From Chiloscyllium plagiosum (taxonomy: Eukaryota): 64,000 bases of DNA. The translations under genes were made by a program, and so were the position numbers. The stretch spans positions 18,107,466 through 18,171,465 of the forward strand of contig NC_057750.1 in NCBI RefSeq assembly GCF_004010195.1. The letters are read 5' to 3'. Under the pieces are notes generated by a model. That model saw only the letters and a list, made by a program, of their open reading frames with translations, searched no databases and had not been told where the DNA came from. Positions within the stretch are counted from its first letter, which is position 1; the number at the start of each line of letters is the position of its first letter. Positions 1-13,600 of this stretch are shown here, piece after piece.

Positions 1-239
1 ATAGATAATGATTCAGAAATGTAAGAAAGGAACCAGGTCAAACTTATATCGAGTTTGAAAGAATTAAACAGAGCAACTTGGTAGATAGATGAGAGCATTA
101 AGGATAGAATGAGGCTTTTAGAGATATTATTCTGCTGGAGTTTAAAAATTCACTTCCCGAAATGATCAGAAATGTTGAGGAACAGAAAGTTAAAACAGTG
201 AGAAGAACTGCAGAAATGGTGGATGAATACGCATTGGTG

Positions 240-870
240 CATAGTCATAGCGATGTACAGCACAGAAACAGACCCTTTGGTCCAACCCGTTCATGCCGAC
301 TGGATATCTCAAACCAGTCTAGTCCCACCTGTCAGCACCTCTCCCATATCCCTCCAAACCTTTCCTATTCATTTACCCATCCAAATGCCTTTCAAATGTT
401 GCAATTGTACTAGCCTCTACCACTTCCTCTGGCAGCTCATTCCATACATGTACCACCCTCTGCGTGAAAAAGTTGCCCCTTAGGTCTCTTCTATATCTTT
501 CCACTCTCACCATAAACCTATGCCCTCTAGTGCTGGACTCCCCCATTCCAGGGAAAATATTTTGTCTATTAATTCTATCCATGCCCCTCATGATTTTGTA
601 AACCTTTAAAATCACTCCGACATTCCAGAGAAAACAGCACCAGCCTGTTCAACCTCTTCCCTATAGCTCAAATCCTCCAACCCTGGCAACATGCTTGTAA
701 ATCTTTTCTGAGCCCTTTCAAGATTCACAACATCTTTCCGATAGGAAGGAGACCGGAATTGCACGCAATATTCCAACAGCGGCCTAACCAATGTCCTGTA
801 CAGCCGCAACATGATCTCCCAACACCTGTACTCAATACTCTGACCAATAAAGGAAAGCATACTAAACTCC
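240..870 (-). mobile_element. CR1/HER1-type LINE 3' fragment
   Basis: ORFs [16 protein letters not shown] and [25 protein letters not shown] are typical of the CR1 ORF2 C-terminus; tail present. Confidence 0.9.
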
Positions 871-2000
871 ATAAATCAAAATCTAGCTTCCAACAGCAAT
901 TTCATTCTGCAAGGGATAGAAACTGGGGGAAAGATGTTTCAATGAAAAATAAAAAGTAGATCACACTGGGAACAGTTTACCACGTGTGGAAAACAGAAAC
1001 CCAAGTGGATGAAAAAGGTGCTTTCACTGTAATAAGGTGGGACACACAAAGTCACAGTGCTGGTAGTTTAAGAAAGGCATAGGGAAAAAGGAATTGGTAG
1101 AAGATGCTAAACCAGTGGGATTAGTTAAGGTAGGGAAGGAAATCCCAAGAAGTCAAGGAGCTGCAGGAGAGTGAACAGCCTAGTCATGGGCAGGATAGTA
1201 AGATAGCATCTGATCTTTTCAAAGACTTCACCTGTGTGGGTAAAATTTACTCAGGTAGAATGGACGGTTAGGTAAAGACATTAAAATATTGAGATATGGG
1301 AGCTAGTCTGTCCCTAATAGTAAGAGATGAAAATATTTACACTCCTGAAATATTGCCCAAGAGAGTGGTAATCTGTGGAATAGATGGAGAGTAGTATTGT
1401 TCCCCTGTGTTAAGATAAGGCTGGGAAGTCCAATCAAGACTGGGGATGTGATAGTGGGAGTGATGGAGAAATTGGCTATCCCAGGAATCCAGTTTATTTT
1501 TGGAAACAATATAGCTGGATCACAGGTGGGAGTGATGCCCATTGTACTGGAAAAGCCAAAAGAAAACCAGAGAACTAGAGTTAAAAGAAAAAAAAACTCT
1601 GGATTTTTTTTTCTGGATTGTGTGGTGACAAGATCCCACAACGATAGGTTAAAACAAAAAGGGAGAAAAGAAGAGAAAGATAACAGAGTTGAGGTCCAGG
1701 ATCAGCAGAGGCGTTTTGTTCTGAAAGATTAATGGAGTTACAACAAAAAGGTGAGATGATAAAGGACTTATATCATAAAGCCTACTCGATAAAGGAATTC
1801 AAATGCACTCTGGAATGCTGTTACCTTAAGGATAAAATTTTAAAGTGGAATGGAGGCCTTTGCAGATTAGTGCAGATGAGAAATGGGCAGAACTTTATCA
1901 GATTGTGTTGGTGGCAGAATACAGATAAAGTATTGCAGATAGCACACGACCAGTAGGAAGTCATCTAGGAGTGAGGAAGACTCAGGCTAAGATACAGAAG
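870..2000 (+). mobile_element. Degenerate Gypsy (Gmr1-like) gag-pro-integrase fragment
   Basis: CFHCNKVGHTKSQC zinc knuckle at ~1019-1060, a decayed ILRD.GA protease motif at ~1286, and an AHD...SHLGVRKT integrase N-terminal motif at ~1940-1982. Confidence 0.65.
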
Positions 2001-2049
2001 CCGAAATCGTTCATCATAACAATGTTCTAGTGAATCTCCAGTAACATTG

Positions 2050-3060
2050 AAACATAGAAGATGGGAGCAGGAGTGCCCTATTTGACTTGTTGAGCCTCTT
2101 CCATCATTCATTATGATCAAGGATGAGCCCTTAAGCCACAAGAGCTACTCCCTTATTGAAAAATGTTTTGATCTCCTGTACTAGTGAATTCCACAGGTTC
2201 TCCACATTTCTCACCTCAGTCCTAAAAGCTTGACCCCTGGTCCTGCACTCCCCCCACCATTGGGAACATCCCTCCGGCATCTAACCTAGCTAGTTATAGA
2301 GTCATAGAGTCTGTTCAAATTTTATAGGTTTCTGTAAATATAGCTTTCTCCATCATTCTTCTAAACTCTGAACATAATCCTGATCAATCCAGATTCTCAA
2401 GTTAGTCCTATAATCCCAGTGATCAATTTGAGAGTCACTGCACTCCTATAGCAAAAGCAACTTTCGTCAGGTAAAGAGACCAAAACTGCACAATAGTCCA
2501 AGTGTGGCCTCACCAATGCCCTGCACAATTGTAGCAAGATATCCTTGTTCCTGCGCTTGAATCCTCCTGTTATGAAAGCCAATATTCAGTTTGCCTTCTT
2601 TACTGCTTGCAGCAGTTGCACAGCACTTTTAGCAGCTGGCGTACAAGGACACAGTTTACAGTTTGCTCAGTTTACAGCCAAATAATGTCTTCCTATTTTT
2701 GCTACTAAAGTGGATGACCTCACATTTACCAGCACTGTACTGCATCTGACATGCATTTGCCCAGTCTGTCTAAATCACACTGGTACATTTTTGCCTCCTC
2801 CATACAGAGCTCACCCTTCCACTTAGCTGTGTGTCTTTGGCAAATTTTGAAATATTACATTTAGTTCCCTCACATCATTAACATATTGTTAATAGCTGGG
2901 GTCTTAGTAAAGATCTGTATGGTATTCCACCAGTCACTGCCTAACATTCAGAAAAAGACCCATTTATTCCTGTTGTTCCATGCTTGCTAACTAATTTTCT
3001 ATCCATCTCAATATACTATCCGGAATCCCTTTTTTTAAATTTTACACATTAATCTCAATT
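2050..3060 (-). mobile_element. Old CR1 LINE fragment
   Basis: ORF ...RALVRPHLDYC... plus decayed RT and 3' tail sequence. Confidence 0.75.
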
Positions 3061-3221
3061 TCTCCAATGACTACAATAACCTCATGATAGCGTGCTCATT
3101 CAATACCTTTGCTATATGTAGACAAGAGTCTTTTACAAATTTCATATCCCTGCTTGTAATTCATTATGCTTGTAAACATAGTCTGTCAGGCCCATTCCAC
3201 TATTCAGTTAAATTGTGATGT

Positions 3222-3342
3222 GGATGTGCCAGGGTTGGACGGGATGGGCAAGACCAGAAGTCTCATAATACCAGGTTATAGTCCCACACGTTTATTTGAA
3301 ATCACAAGCTTTAAGAGCACTGCTCCTTGATCAGGTGAAGTG
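3222..3342 (-). repeat. Short repeat of the family at 45700-45830 (decayed hammerhead core)
   Basis: The reverse complement cacctgatcaaggagcagtgctcttaaagcttgtgatttcaaataaac resembles 45710-45760. Confidence 0.6.
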
Positions 3343-6300
3343 ACTCCATTGATTATTTCTATCTTTAGCCTGGTTATGTTGTTACTCTATATCCCTCAAT
3401 CTCCTGACCTAATAAGTACATCAATCTCAGTTTTCAAAGCTTCAAATGATCCAACATCTGCATTCTTTTTGGAGCTACGATTTCCAAATTTACTTTGTGA
3501 ATGAAACAATCCACTTCAGTCCTAAACATCCCATCTTTAAATAAAGATTGCTCGTCACCCAATTAGAGAAAATAGCTCCCAGACTTGAACAAGTCAAACT
3601 ACAGGATCTCTTATATCCACTTGAGAGGTAGAGAGAGCACCACAATTATAATCTCTCTTCTTGTACTCAAATACAATGACCTTCTGAAGCAAATGATTTA
3701 ATGTGAACGGTTCAGGAATGTTGGAGATTCAACACTGACTGCAAAAGATGTCAAGCTTGGGCTGGGCAGCAACAGTAGTCACCCACATTCAGTCCTGTAA
3801 ACTGGTACTGCCATTTTGTATCCACCTGGTTCCCTATTAATATTCTTGCCTGATTAAAATAACCATCAAACTCAGTTTAAACTGATGAACAACCTCAATT
3901 TGAACTGATCGCCAACCTCAACAGACTTCTGAGGGAAAATAATTCCTTCCTTATCCCTAAAAATAGAGCTATGTTTTTCAAAGTTAGGCTGCATTGCTCC
4001 AGAGTTCTCTACTAGAGGCAACAATGTCAATGAAATCCTTCAATCAATTCGAAGACCTCAATTTGATCATCCTTTAATATTGAAGGGATTAAAAATGTAT
4101 TGTTGCAGCCTAATAAGCCCATGATTGGCACTAAACATAAAGAATGGTCAGTTGATCAAAGTAGCAAAGGACCATCACCGGCTGTGGACTGTACAACAGG
4201 ATGAATCATTTGCAATGCACAAAACAAAAATGCAATGCAGCACAGATCTGGTGAGTAGAAGCAACATACTGGAAAGTGGATTAGCTGTTTAGAATGAACA
4301 GGAAAGCAATATTGGTAAGAATGAAGCTGTAATTGTGAGGTGGGAAGTGGAGAGTCAGGAAAGAGAGGGAAATTGTTTGGAAGCTTGAGATGAAGGGGAG
4401 TTTCTAATCCTGGTTGTGACAACTGTCACTTGGATGTGTATAAAATCAATCACCAGCTCAAAAAACACTTTGCAGCAAATATGCTTTTAATTGCAACAGT
4501 TTGCTGTATTTACAGAGTATTCATACTAAAAATAATTCTCACCAGTTAGGTGATGCACCTTTCATTGAAAAATATTAAAAATACAAATAACACTGGTTTT
4601 ACTTTACAAACAGGTTCAAATAAATTCATTAGCAAATCAATATTTGCTATTAAAAAAAAGCAAGATATTCATTCCATTGTCACAAAGAACTACAACAATG
4701 TGAAAGAAAAACTTCCATTATGTGATCGAGCACTTTTAACACACCATGAGTTTTAAAAATAATGGAAGTTGTGTCTTCTACAGCTTGTAAGTAGTAACTA
4801 TAAAGGAGCAACTTCCGCTTTTCCTCATTAAATGATTCAGTCATGCTCTGGAGCCTTCACACAGCCTAGCTTATATCCACATCTTTTCACAGAATTCTTG
4901 CAACACATTAATTAGTTACACTGATAAATACCTTATATGTTACAATTACAAAAAAAACCTTGAATTTTTACTGCACCCTGATACATATCTTCAATGTTTC
5001 AGGTGTTTCACAATTTAAATTTTGAAATGCAATGATTGTTATGACGGCAAACAAAAGCAGCCATTTTGGACAAACAAGATCCCACAAATAATAAGATTAA
5101 TAGCCTGTTGAACAATTTCTGGTTGAAGAAAGAACATCATCCAGAACAGCATGCAATTTCTCACTGCAAAATGCATTGGAGGGTTAGACTAAACGTTGGG
5201 CTCAAACTCTTGCATTGGGCATTAGATTTATGACCCTGTGACTTGGATGAATATTAGCAACAGAACAACGCTGATACAATAATTTATTTACTTCCCTTTG
5301 ATGACAAATCTGAATGCACTCAGCTTTAAAAAGCTACTTGGAACTGTAACACCCTGCCAACCATTAGACAGGAGAGAGTGCAATTTGCAATTGTATCCCA
5401 ACCCACATTTCCCTACAGGTTAATCAAAGGTGCAGGCGATGGAGTCCTTTCATCATGGATGTATTTATTCTTTCATCCAGCATGGAGTAAACAATGTGAA
5501 GTCTGACTGTGAGGACAAGCTTCAAAAATAAAGAACCAAAATTATTCTTTTAACTATCTACTGAAAGTAGACAAGACTTCTACAGTACATATAACACGAC
5601 ACTTATCTTGTGAACTTGGTAGCCCTGTTTTCTTAAGCTGCCAGGTTTGAATCTCTGCATTTTCTGATACAGTTCCAAACATGCAAGTGGGATGAAGAAA
5701 AATCTAGACTTCCTGGATGTTCAAAAGCAAAAGTAAAGGGCTGTAAACCTGGCAATACCCAAGGCCCAAAGGGAGCGCAGGGAGAACTTCTGAAAGCTTT
5801 ATAACATTGATTTGTAGAATTTATGCAGACTGACACACTCTGCTGGACAGACTGTTATCTAATCTGCATTCCAAAACAAGGGTAAAAATAGTATTCTACA
5901 TCGCAGTTACATCCTATCAAAGAAACAAGGTCAACTTGGATCAGTCCTGGTGGGAGCATTTCCTACTGAACAGTACCAAAATATTAAGTAACAATTTTAT
6001 ATTTCACCAGCAGCAGCTCAAATTCAAGCATGGTATAAAGGCAACACCCAGTGTCAATGTAACTGCTCCTTCTCCCAATCAACCTGCTTTCCCATAACAG
6101 ATCCAGTTCAATGGGGAAAGTAAGGTACAGAACAATGCTGGCGGGCTGGGGCACTCCAGCAGTCTCTGGAGATGCAGATGTCAGAATATTTTTCCTAAGC
6201 AACACATTAAAAATAGGAAGGAAATGTTAACTTGTAGTGATGGAACTGGAGTGATCAGAAACGATTATTTCAAGCTTCACCGTTCCTTTAAGGGAAAAAT

Positions 6301-7699
6301 GACAATTATATTGGATGTAGATTATTTTCAGAATGGAGGCCTGAATCTCATTAATTTTAGTCCTGTTAATTAACCAATTAGAAATAGAACTAAGAGCTTA
6401 ACTTGTTGTTTCCCTTTATAGATCCTGATGTACTATTCCAAAGTTTATTTTTTAATTAAGTTTTACAAATTGAGGTGGTGGGAGAGGGGTGGGAAGTCTA
6501 CATTTTATTTACGGCAAATGCATCTCCATCTCCCCACAGCCCAACTTGATCAGGAGAGGCCCACTCTGCTTCAAGCGATGTATTCTGGCAAGGATGGCAA
6601 CAGTAACCAGTTAATTGTTTATTTTCACGTTGGGTAAGGACAAAATGATTTATTGCAGAAACCATCTGCTACCCTGTAGCACCTCTCCAAACCAGCTCCG
6701 AATTGCCATTCTTCCCACAACACAGTACATGAAACACATGAAAAAAACAAATATCAAAGCTGGATTCTATTACATTAAGTGCCTATGGCTCAAATCTCTT
6801 GGAAAAGAATATTTGATGGATGATATGAAGAAAAGTCAACATAATTTTGCTAGTAAAAGAATAAGACATTTCTGACTTATTTCCTTTCCTAAAATAAACC
6901 GCTACCAGTCCTGATATTGAAGCAATTTCTAAATGTTCAACTGCTCACCAGATTATAAACCTTCATGTAACAGACAACCAGAAGGGACATGAAGACTAGC
7001 ACTTAAAGTAGTGTCGTGGTTGGTTGTGCAAATCTATTTAACAACTTTATTGTAGTGTTCCCATTCAAATAAGTGAATACTGCCAGTCTTGCTTTTTTTT
7101 CAGCTATATTCCTATGAAATAACATAGCTTAGAAACAGTACAAGGACCTCGGAGTTCTTTTTTGAAATCTTACATATTCCACAAATTTGTCACATTCCAA
7201 ACCTCTCCATTGTAATAAATCTACCATTGTTAAGTCAGGTCTGTAATTTCAAAAGGATTTGAGACAAAACACGAAATAGACAAATGAATACTAAACAAGC
7301 AAACAAAAAGGCCATTTTCACAGAACATTTTTTTTAAAAAGCCAAAGCTTTTTGGAGGAGGAGAGAAAAAACATCCGAGGAAGGTTCCTCATGGCAGTGA
7401 AGCCTAAATTATCAGGAGGTAGAACAAATCACCGACTTGTCAAATCCATTATGCGGCCAAACGTGCACCCCATGCAACAAACTAAAATCTAGTGAAAGTT
7501 AATCCTTGAAATGTATGCAGCATATAGTGAAATACACAGCACAGTGAGAAGACTCAAAATGGAAATTTCAAACAAAAACAAATTGTATTTTTCAAATGAG
7601 ATATCCTAATTTATCATTTGGACCAATTATCCTACCCAGCATCTAAAATCTGCTGTAATAAATAAAGGAGCAGAGCTAATGGCAAAGTACAGAAATAAA

Positions 7700-7960
7700 C
7701 TATCAAAACAGAGTGCTGGAGAAATTCAGCCGGTCTGGCAGTCTGTGTGAGGTGGGTGGTGGGAAGAGACATGGAGAGATGGAGACAGAATAGGAGAGAG
7801 AAGACAGGAGAAACAGCTTTAACATTTCAAGTCCGATATGACTCTCCAGGAGAAAAATAATATTGACCTTGAACTATTAACTCTATTTCTCACTCCACAG
7901 ATGCTGCTGACCTGCTGAGTTTCTCCAATATTTTGTTTTTCTTTCAGACATCTACAGTAA
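7700..7960. repeat. Palindromic short repeat (inverted gatgctgc..acctgctgag halves)
   Basis: Halves read gctggagaaattcagc...ggcag and gatgctgctgacctgctgagtttctcca. Related pieces occur at ~11680, ~19180, ~21020, ~35770 and ~49400. Confidence 0.55.
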
Positions 7961-9516
7961 TTTGCTTTAATAAAGCATTATACCCACAGCTGCCCAGGGC
8001 ATCTTACTGGACTGTAAAAGTACAAAACAAGGAATCCTGTAGACACCCAGTTCTCAACAATTTGCATATATGAGTATTTATAGGCAATCTTGGCATCCTA
8101 ACATGGGATTTGCCCATTTCTGAGGTAAGTGTTAACAGCAGCCCTCAAAATTGCAGACCCACAAATTGAAAACAGAAATCCAACAAATAAACAGAAATAG
8201 AAAGATGACTAGTCTATATGAATGACAGGTGTGAGACTACAAGAAACGGGCACATGAAGGATATCATAGCCACAGTTCAAATAATTAGAACAGGTTTGTA
8301 CAGATGCTGGATACAAGATTGAAGTCTCTGCACTGAACTCTGTTATGTAAGGATATTAACATAATTCTCCACATACCTCAGATACGTGGGCTATGCACCA
8401 AAACAATACAGTGGAGAGAAATGGATTTTTATACCTACAGCTCACAACAACGAAGTTGCCATAAGCGTATTACTGGCTATTTCAGAATAGTTATTATCAT
8501 CATCCACTGCTGCAACTGATCTTCACTACTCCAGGCTTTGCCAGGATGAGTCACCAGCTCCATGAGGAAATTAGTTTCGTATCCAACCACTCAACATCAC
8601 AAGAAAATGACTAATTTCACAATCAAGTGCAAGTACATTGAACAGTTATATATTGCCCCAAGAACAGCTATTCAGAGCACAGTACAAGATTCCCACAATA
8701 CTGTATTGTTACATAACTGTGCATTGTATGGTTCTTGCAGAATTATATATTTGAAGTCCCTAACCAGTTTTGTTCCATCAGAATCCACAAGCAGTTGTTT
8801 TAGAAGAGAGCCAAACTTTAAGACTCTGTCTCCCCTGTCATCGGTTTTAACATTATTGTAAGATTTCAAAACTTTTTAAATACAAACTGAAAACCTGGAG
8901 GTGAAAGTACAAATGAAAAATAGTTGCTAAGTGTTAAATATTGGAAACCAAACTGTTATACATGGGAAAGAAATGCGCATGTGTTTTTCTGCAAAATGTA
9001 TTCATTCCATGTAAGACCATGGTTAAATTTGGACTGAAGTTCCAACCTATACTGTGAAGTATAAAGTCCAATTTTATAAAAGATTATGCACATTTCAACA
9101 TTATAGATTTATCCACTGTCACTCCAGGTTGTGCAGAGCAAGCAATTCAGCGTCTACCACAGTGGGGCCCCAGTCTTCAGAAATTCAGACCTTAACACAT
9201 GAAGTGAACTTGTTCCCTTAAAACAGCACTAACGCCTTGTTTTCTAACAAAGCAAAATGTGGGTTTTCTCACTGACATCAGAAAGAACATTTTGTAAAGT
9301 AAGTAGATTGCCTCAAGTACTGACCTCTGTGGGATCGGACGGAGGAGTGAATTTATTACTGTTGATGTCTTCATAAATACAAACACTCTGACAGATATTC
9401 TAATTTTCAGGGATGTGCTCTTCACATTGATCACTGCAATTCCAGTCTGGATCAATTTCCAACCCCTCCTTCCTCAATAGTGTTAATGCAAAGTCAACAA
9501 CTCTACAACTTGCAAT

Positions 9517-9522
9517 TTTATT
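9517..9522 (-). promoter_or_regulatory. Candidate polyadenylation signal AATAAA
   Basis: TTTATT on the + strand about 370 nt downstream of the stop. Other candidates exist further on (e.g. ~9352). Confidence 0.3.
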
Positions 9523-9887
9523 TGCTCATACAGCTAATCCTTTCCATTCTCATTTTCTGCTGAATGAGGGAAGAATGAGAAGAGAGAATGAGAAAACTTG
9601 GCCCTTGTTAGGCCAAGGAGGCAATATTGCATGACTTCCTTGAACAGCTTAGAAGGGCTGTGTGTAAACTTTTGAGTTAATCAAATCCAACATTAGCATA
9701 GGGTACAGTCTGTGCAATTAGATTTCAAAACTTGTCTTGGTTAGGGCTCAGTTATTCCAAAACCCGCCCAAATGTTCTGGCCTTCTATTGCTCAGACAAG
9801 TCTTTCTATTAAGGCATGGAAAGATCATGAGCACAGCAATGGAAGAGAGTGTAGACAGTTACAGTCAGAGACTTCTAATTTCAAATT

Positions 9888-10696
9888 CTACTGCGTGGAA
9901 TCTAGTAACAAATAGCCCCCATTTGCATTTGCTTCATTGGCAGAATGAATGTCCACGGAAGATATAAATATTTTTGGCTCCCTGACAGCACATGTTGCTG
10001 TTGTAGAACCATCTGAGGAAACTGAATCCAAGTCTAGTTCAGCCTCCAATTGATCAGCACCTCCACTGTTCAATGATGCAGGATGCTTCAATGTTTGGCC
10101 TGGCAAAAGATTATGCAAGCTTTTGTCTTTCACAAGGAGATTAGATGTCTCTGTACACACATACTGGGCAATAGAACTCTCATTAGCGGAGGTGGAAGCT
10201 TTTTGGAAACATTGCATCAACTTGCTTTCATTGTCAAACAAGTTTTGTGAGACATTTTCTGAATCTTCACGTTTTGATTTCCACGTCCATGGTTTAATTC
10301 CAGCCTCTTGCACCTTCTTAGCCAGTTTTTGAAGAATGTCCTGCCCTTTTGCTGATCTGATAACCTGCAGTTTCCCTTTTACTGCTGATTTTGCATCTAT
10401 TGGACTCTTTTCAATCGACTCTGCAGAACTGTCCTTATCTACTGACTTTGACCAATACAAAGCACCCTCTGATGACTTTTTAACATCCCCATTTGATGGC
10501 AGATCTTTTGCAGATTTGAAATTCAGGCCCATTGCATTTGCATACTGCTTTTCATCCTGCACAATTTTAAGGTTTCTTGATGCTACATCAATGGCTGTTG
10601 ATGCTGTATCAGAAATTTTTTCCAATCTTTCTGGAAGTTTCTGCCTTTGCGTTTCTTCTCTTGGCTGTGTTGATGATGTCATTTGTGAATAACCCT
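9888..10696 (-). CDS. Terminal coding exon ([11 protein letters not shown]...LLLDSTQ*), Ser/Lys/Glu-rich and probably disordered
   Basis: Contains the longest ORF in the window (9888-10682, 264 aa). Strong acceptor tctcttttgcttttacgtag; TAG at 9888-9890. Confidence 0.85.
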
Positions 10697-13600
10697 CTAC
10701 GTAAAAGCAAAAGAGAAATATTATTCCACATTTTAAAACGTTATCAATTCTTCAATGCATCAAGGATAATTAGAGATGGGGCAATAAATGCCAACAATGC
10801 TTAGTCCATAAATAGGAAACGTTTGGAGGGATATGGGCCAGGAGCAGGAAGATGGGGCTCGTTTAGATTGGGATTATGTTTGCCACGGACTGGTTGGACT
10901 GCAGAGTCTGCTTCCATGCTGTATGACTCTATGATAAAAAGAAAATTCATTCGGAGCTCAGTCACACAGTCAAGGTCATTGGCAAGCTCAAAATGTTATC
11001 ACATTATTGCAGTTTACAGAACGTACTGATTCACACAGGAGTGAGTGACTGACTGATTTTGAGTATTATGACCCAATGTATCAGATTTCTCACAATTTAA
11101 AAAAAATCTACATTTACAAAACCAAAATAACTTTTTTAATTAAAAAGACAAGCATTTCAAAATAGAATACTGCAAAAATGTCAAAATATTGACTTCATTT
11201 ATTACATTGCTGGTATGTACAAACTTTCTTTGTGCAGCAACAAACTCAGATTTTTCACTTCACCCTATCTCCCTACCAAATCACTCATAATGCATGTCAG
11301 GATTGGACAATGTTGCACAATCTCTTTTAACATGCAACAACTCAAATTAGCTCAACATTATTTTTATCACGTTCTTGGCTATGTCGTAGAATTATAGTAT
11401 CATACAGCACAGAAACAAACCATTCGGTCCAACCGGTCAATCCATGCCAAACATAATCCAAAACTGAACTATTCCCACATGCCTGCTCCTGGCCCCTATC
11501 CCTTCAAACCTTTCCTATTCACGTACTTGTCCAAATGTCTTCTAAACGTTGTAATTGTACCTGCATTCACCACTTCCTCTGAAAGCTCATTCCACACACG
11601 AACAACCTTCTGCATTAAAAAGATTTGTCCCTCATCTTTTTGTAAATCTCTCTCCTCTCATTCAAAACATTAATTTTCTCTCGGATGCTGCCAGACCTGC
11701 TGAGATGCTCAAGCACTTTGTTTTTATTTGAGATCTCAAGAATTTACAATATTTTGTTTTTAATTGACATTCTGTTTACCTAAGAAAGCCAAATGTGCAT
11801 CTTCTTGCTGGTGTATGACAAGACTTCTTGGTGGTAGTTCCTTTGTGCCATGAGCCTCTGTCTGGGAACGAGTGTCCCATTCTCCATATTCCTCACCATG
11901 GGGGGATACTGCAATTTTCTCAAGGAGAAGACGAAAAGGAGTTCCTGCAACAATTATAGTTTAAAAGAGATCAAAATTAATAAGTTTCTAAAATTTCAGA
12001 TTTTGAACACAGTATTTCAAAAAGATTATGCATCAGGAACTGAAAGAGAGGTTTAGAATTAAATGCACTGTTCTTCCCGTTTCACTTGGCAACACACCAT
12101 TTTGTAGAATGCCTGTTTGGTAAAATTTACCTCTGCAAGTGAGGACATTCACTTCTTAACACTTCAAGCACATTGCAGGATTGGCTTTTAGATGGGACAT
12201 GATACTAGTCATAGATGTACAGCACGGAAACAGACCCTTCGGTTCAACCCATCCATGCCGACCAGATATCTCAACCCAATCTAGTCCCACCTGCTAGCAC
12301 CCAACTCATATCCCTCCAAACCTTCCTGTTCATATATCCATCCAGATGCCTCTTAAATGGTGCAATTGTACTCGCTTCCGCCACTTCCTCTGGGAGCCCA
12401 TTCTACACACGAACCACCCTCTGCGTGAAAAAGTTGCCCCTTAGGTCTTTTTTATATCTTTCGCCCCTCACCCTAAACCTATGCCCTCAGTTCTGGATTC
12501 CCCCACCGTAGGGAAAAGATCTTGTCTATTTACCCTATCAATGTCCCTCATGATTTTATAAACCTTTATAAGGTCGTCCCTCAGCCTCCGACACTCCAGG
12601 GAAAACAGCTCTAGCCTAATCAACCTCTCCCTTTAGCTCAAATCCTCCAACTCTGGCAACATCTTTGTAAATCTTTACTGAACCCTTTCAAGTTTCACAA
12701 CATCCTTCCTGGTCATTCTGGGGTTATGATAAATGTTCCTGCTCCAACCAACACACTGGTTGTAAGGATAATAAAAGTGCTACCTTCCCACTTGAACAAG
12801 GACCTGCTTCAAGTTGTGTGGGCGCAAAAATATAACAAAGAAACATGCCATAGATCAAGGATACCATATTCCAGGACATTTTTGTGTTAACTGAACTATT
12901 GCAGATTTGGTAAGACGAAGCAGATAGTGGTTGTACTCCTTACTAATCTCCTCCCAAACTTCTTAATCCATCCTCATTAGTTGGTGGACTGTACGTCATG
13001 GCAAGTCAAGGGAGCACAGTGGCGATGGAGGAGCAGGACATGGAAAACAGTTCAATGCTCCCATTTTGTGGACAACAATGTAAAAATACCTCATAAACTA
13101 ACCATATATTACACACAAATGTCCTTGCTACTTTATAGTGTCGGTTGTGGCTCAGTTGGCAACACTCTTCCCTCTGAATCAGAAAATTGAGGGTTGAAAT
13201 CTCAGTCCAGAGATACGACCACAAAAATTCAGATGGACATTTAGTGCAGCATTGGTTCAGTGCTGGACAATCAGAGATGTGGGATGTTAAACCAAGGCAA
13301 CAATTCTCTCTCAGCTGGACAGAATCCAGAGCATGGTTCTTTTCAAGACAAACTCTGGGTCAGATACGTTGATGACACCTTTGTAATCATTAAAAACATG
13401 GATATAGAGAAAACACACCGGATCATCAACTCCACACTCACAGGAATCCGATTCACGAGAGAGGAAGAAAAGGACAACCAACTCCCATTCCTAGACGTGA
13501 GGGTACAGAGAACACCAAACGGAGAATTCCCACTAAGGTACACAGGAAAGCAACACACACACAGACCAAATCCTGAACTACGAAAGCAACCACCCCAATA

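Noticed and set aside
5633..8869. Minus-strand ORFs 5633-5836, 5984-6205 and 8672-8869 as extra exons or another gene
   Set aside because: They lie downstream of the stop codon, have no consistent splice or phase chain, and show no recognisable domains.
10123..10804. Plus-strand ORFs 10123-10332, 10336-10692 and 10577-10804
   Set aside because: They are antisense shadows of the terminal coding exon, with no splice signals or recognisable protein features.
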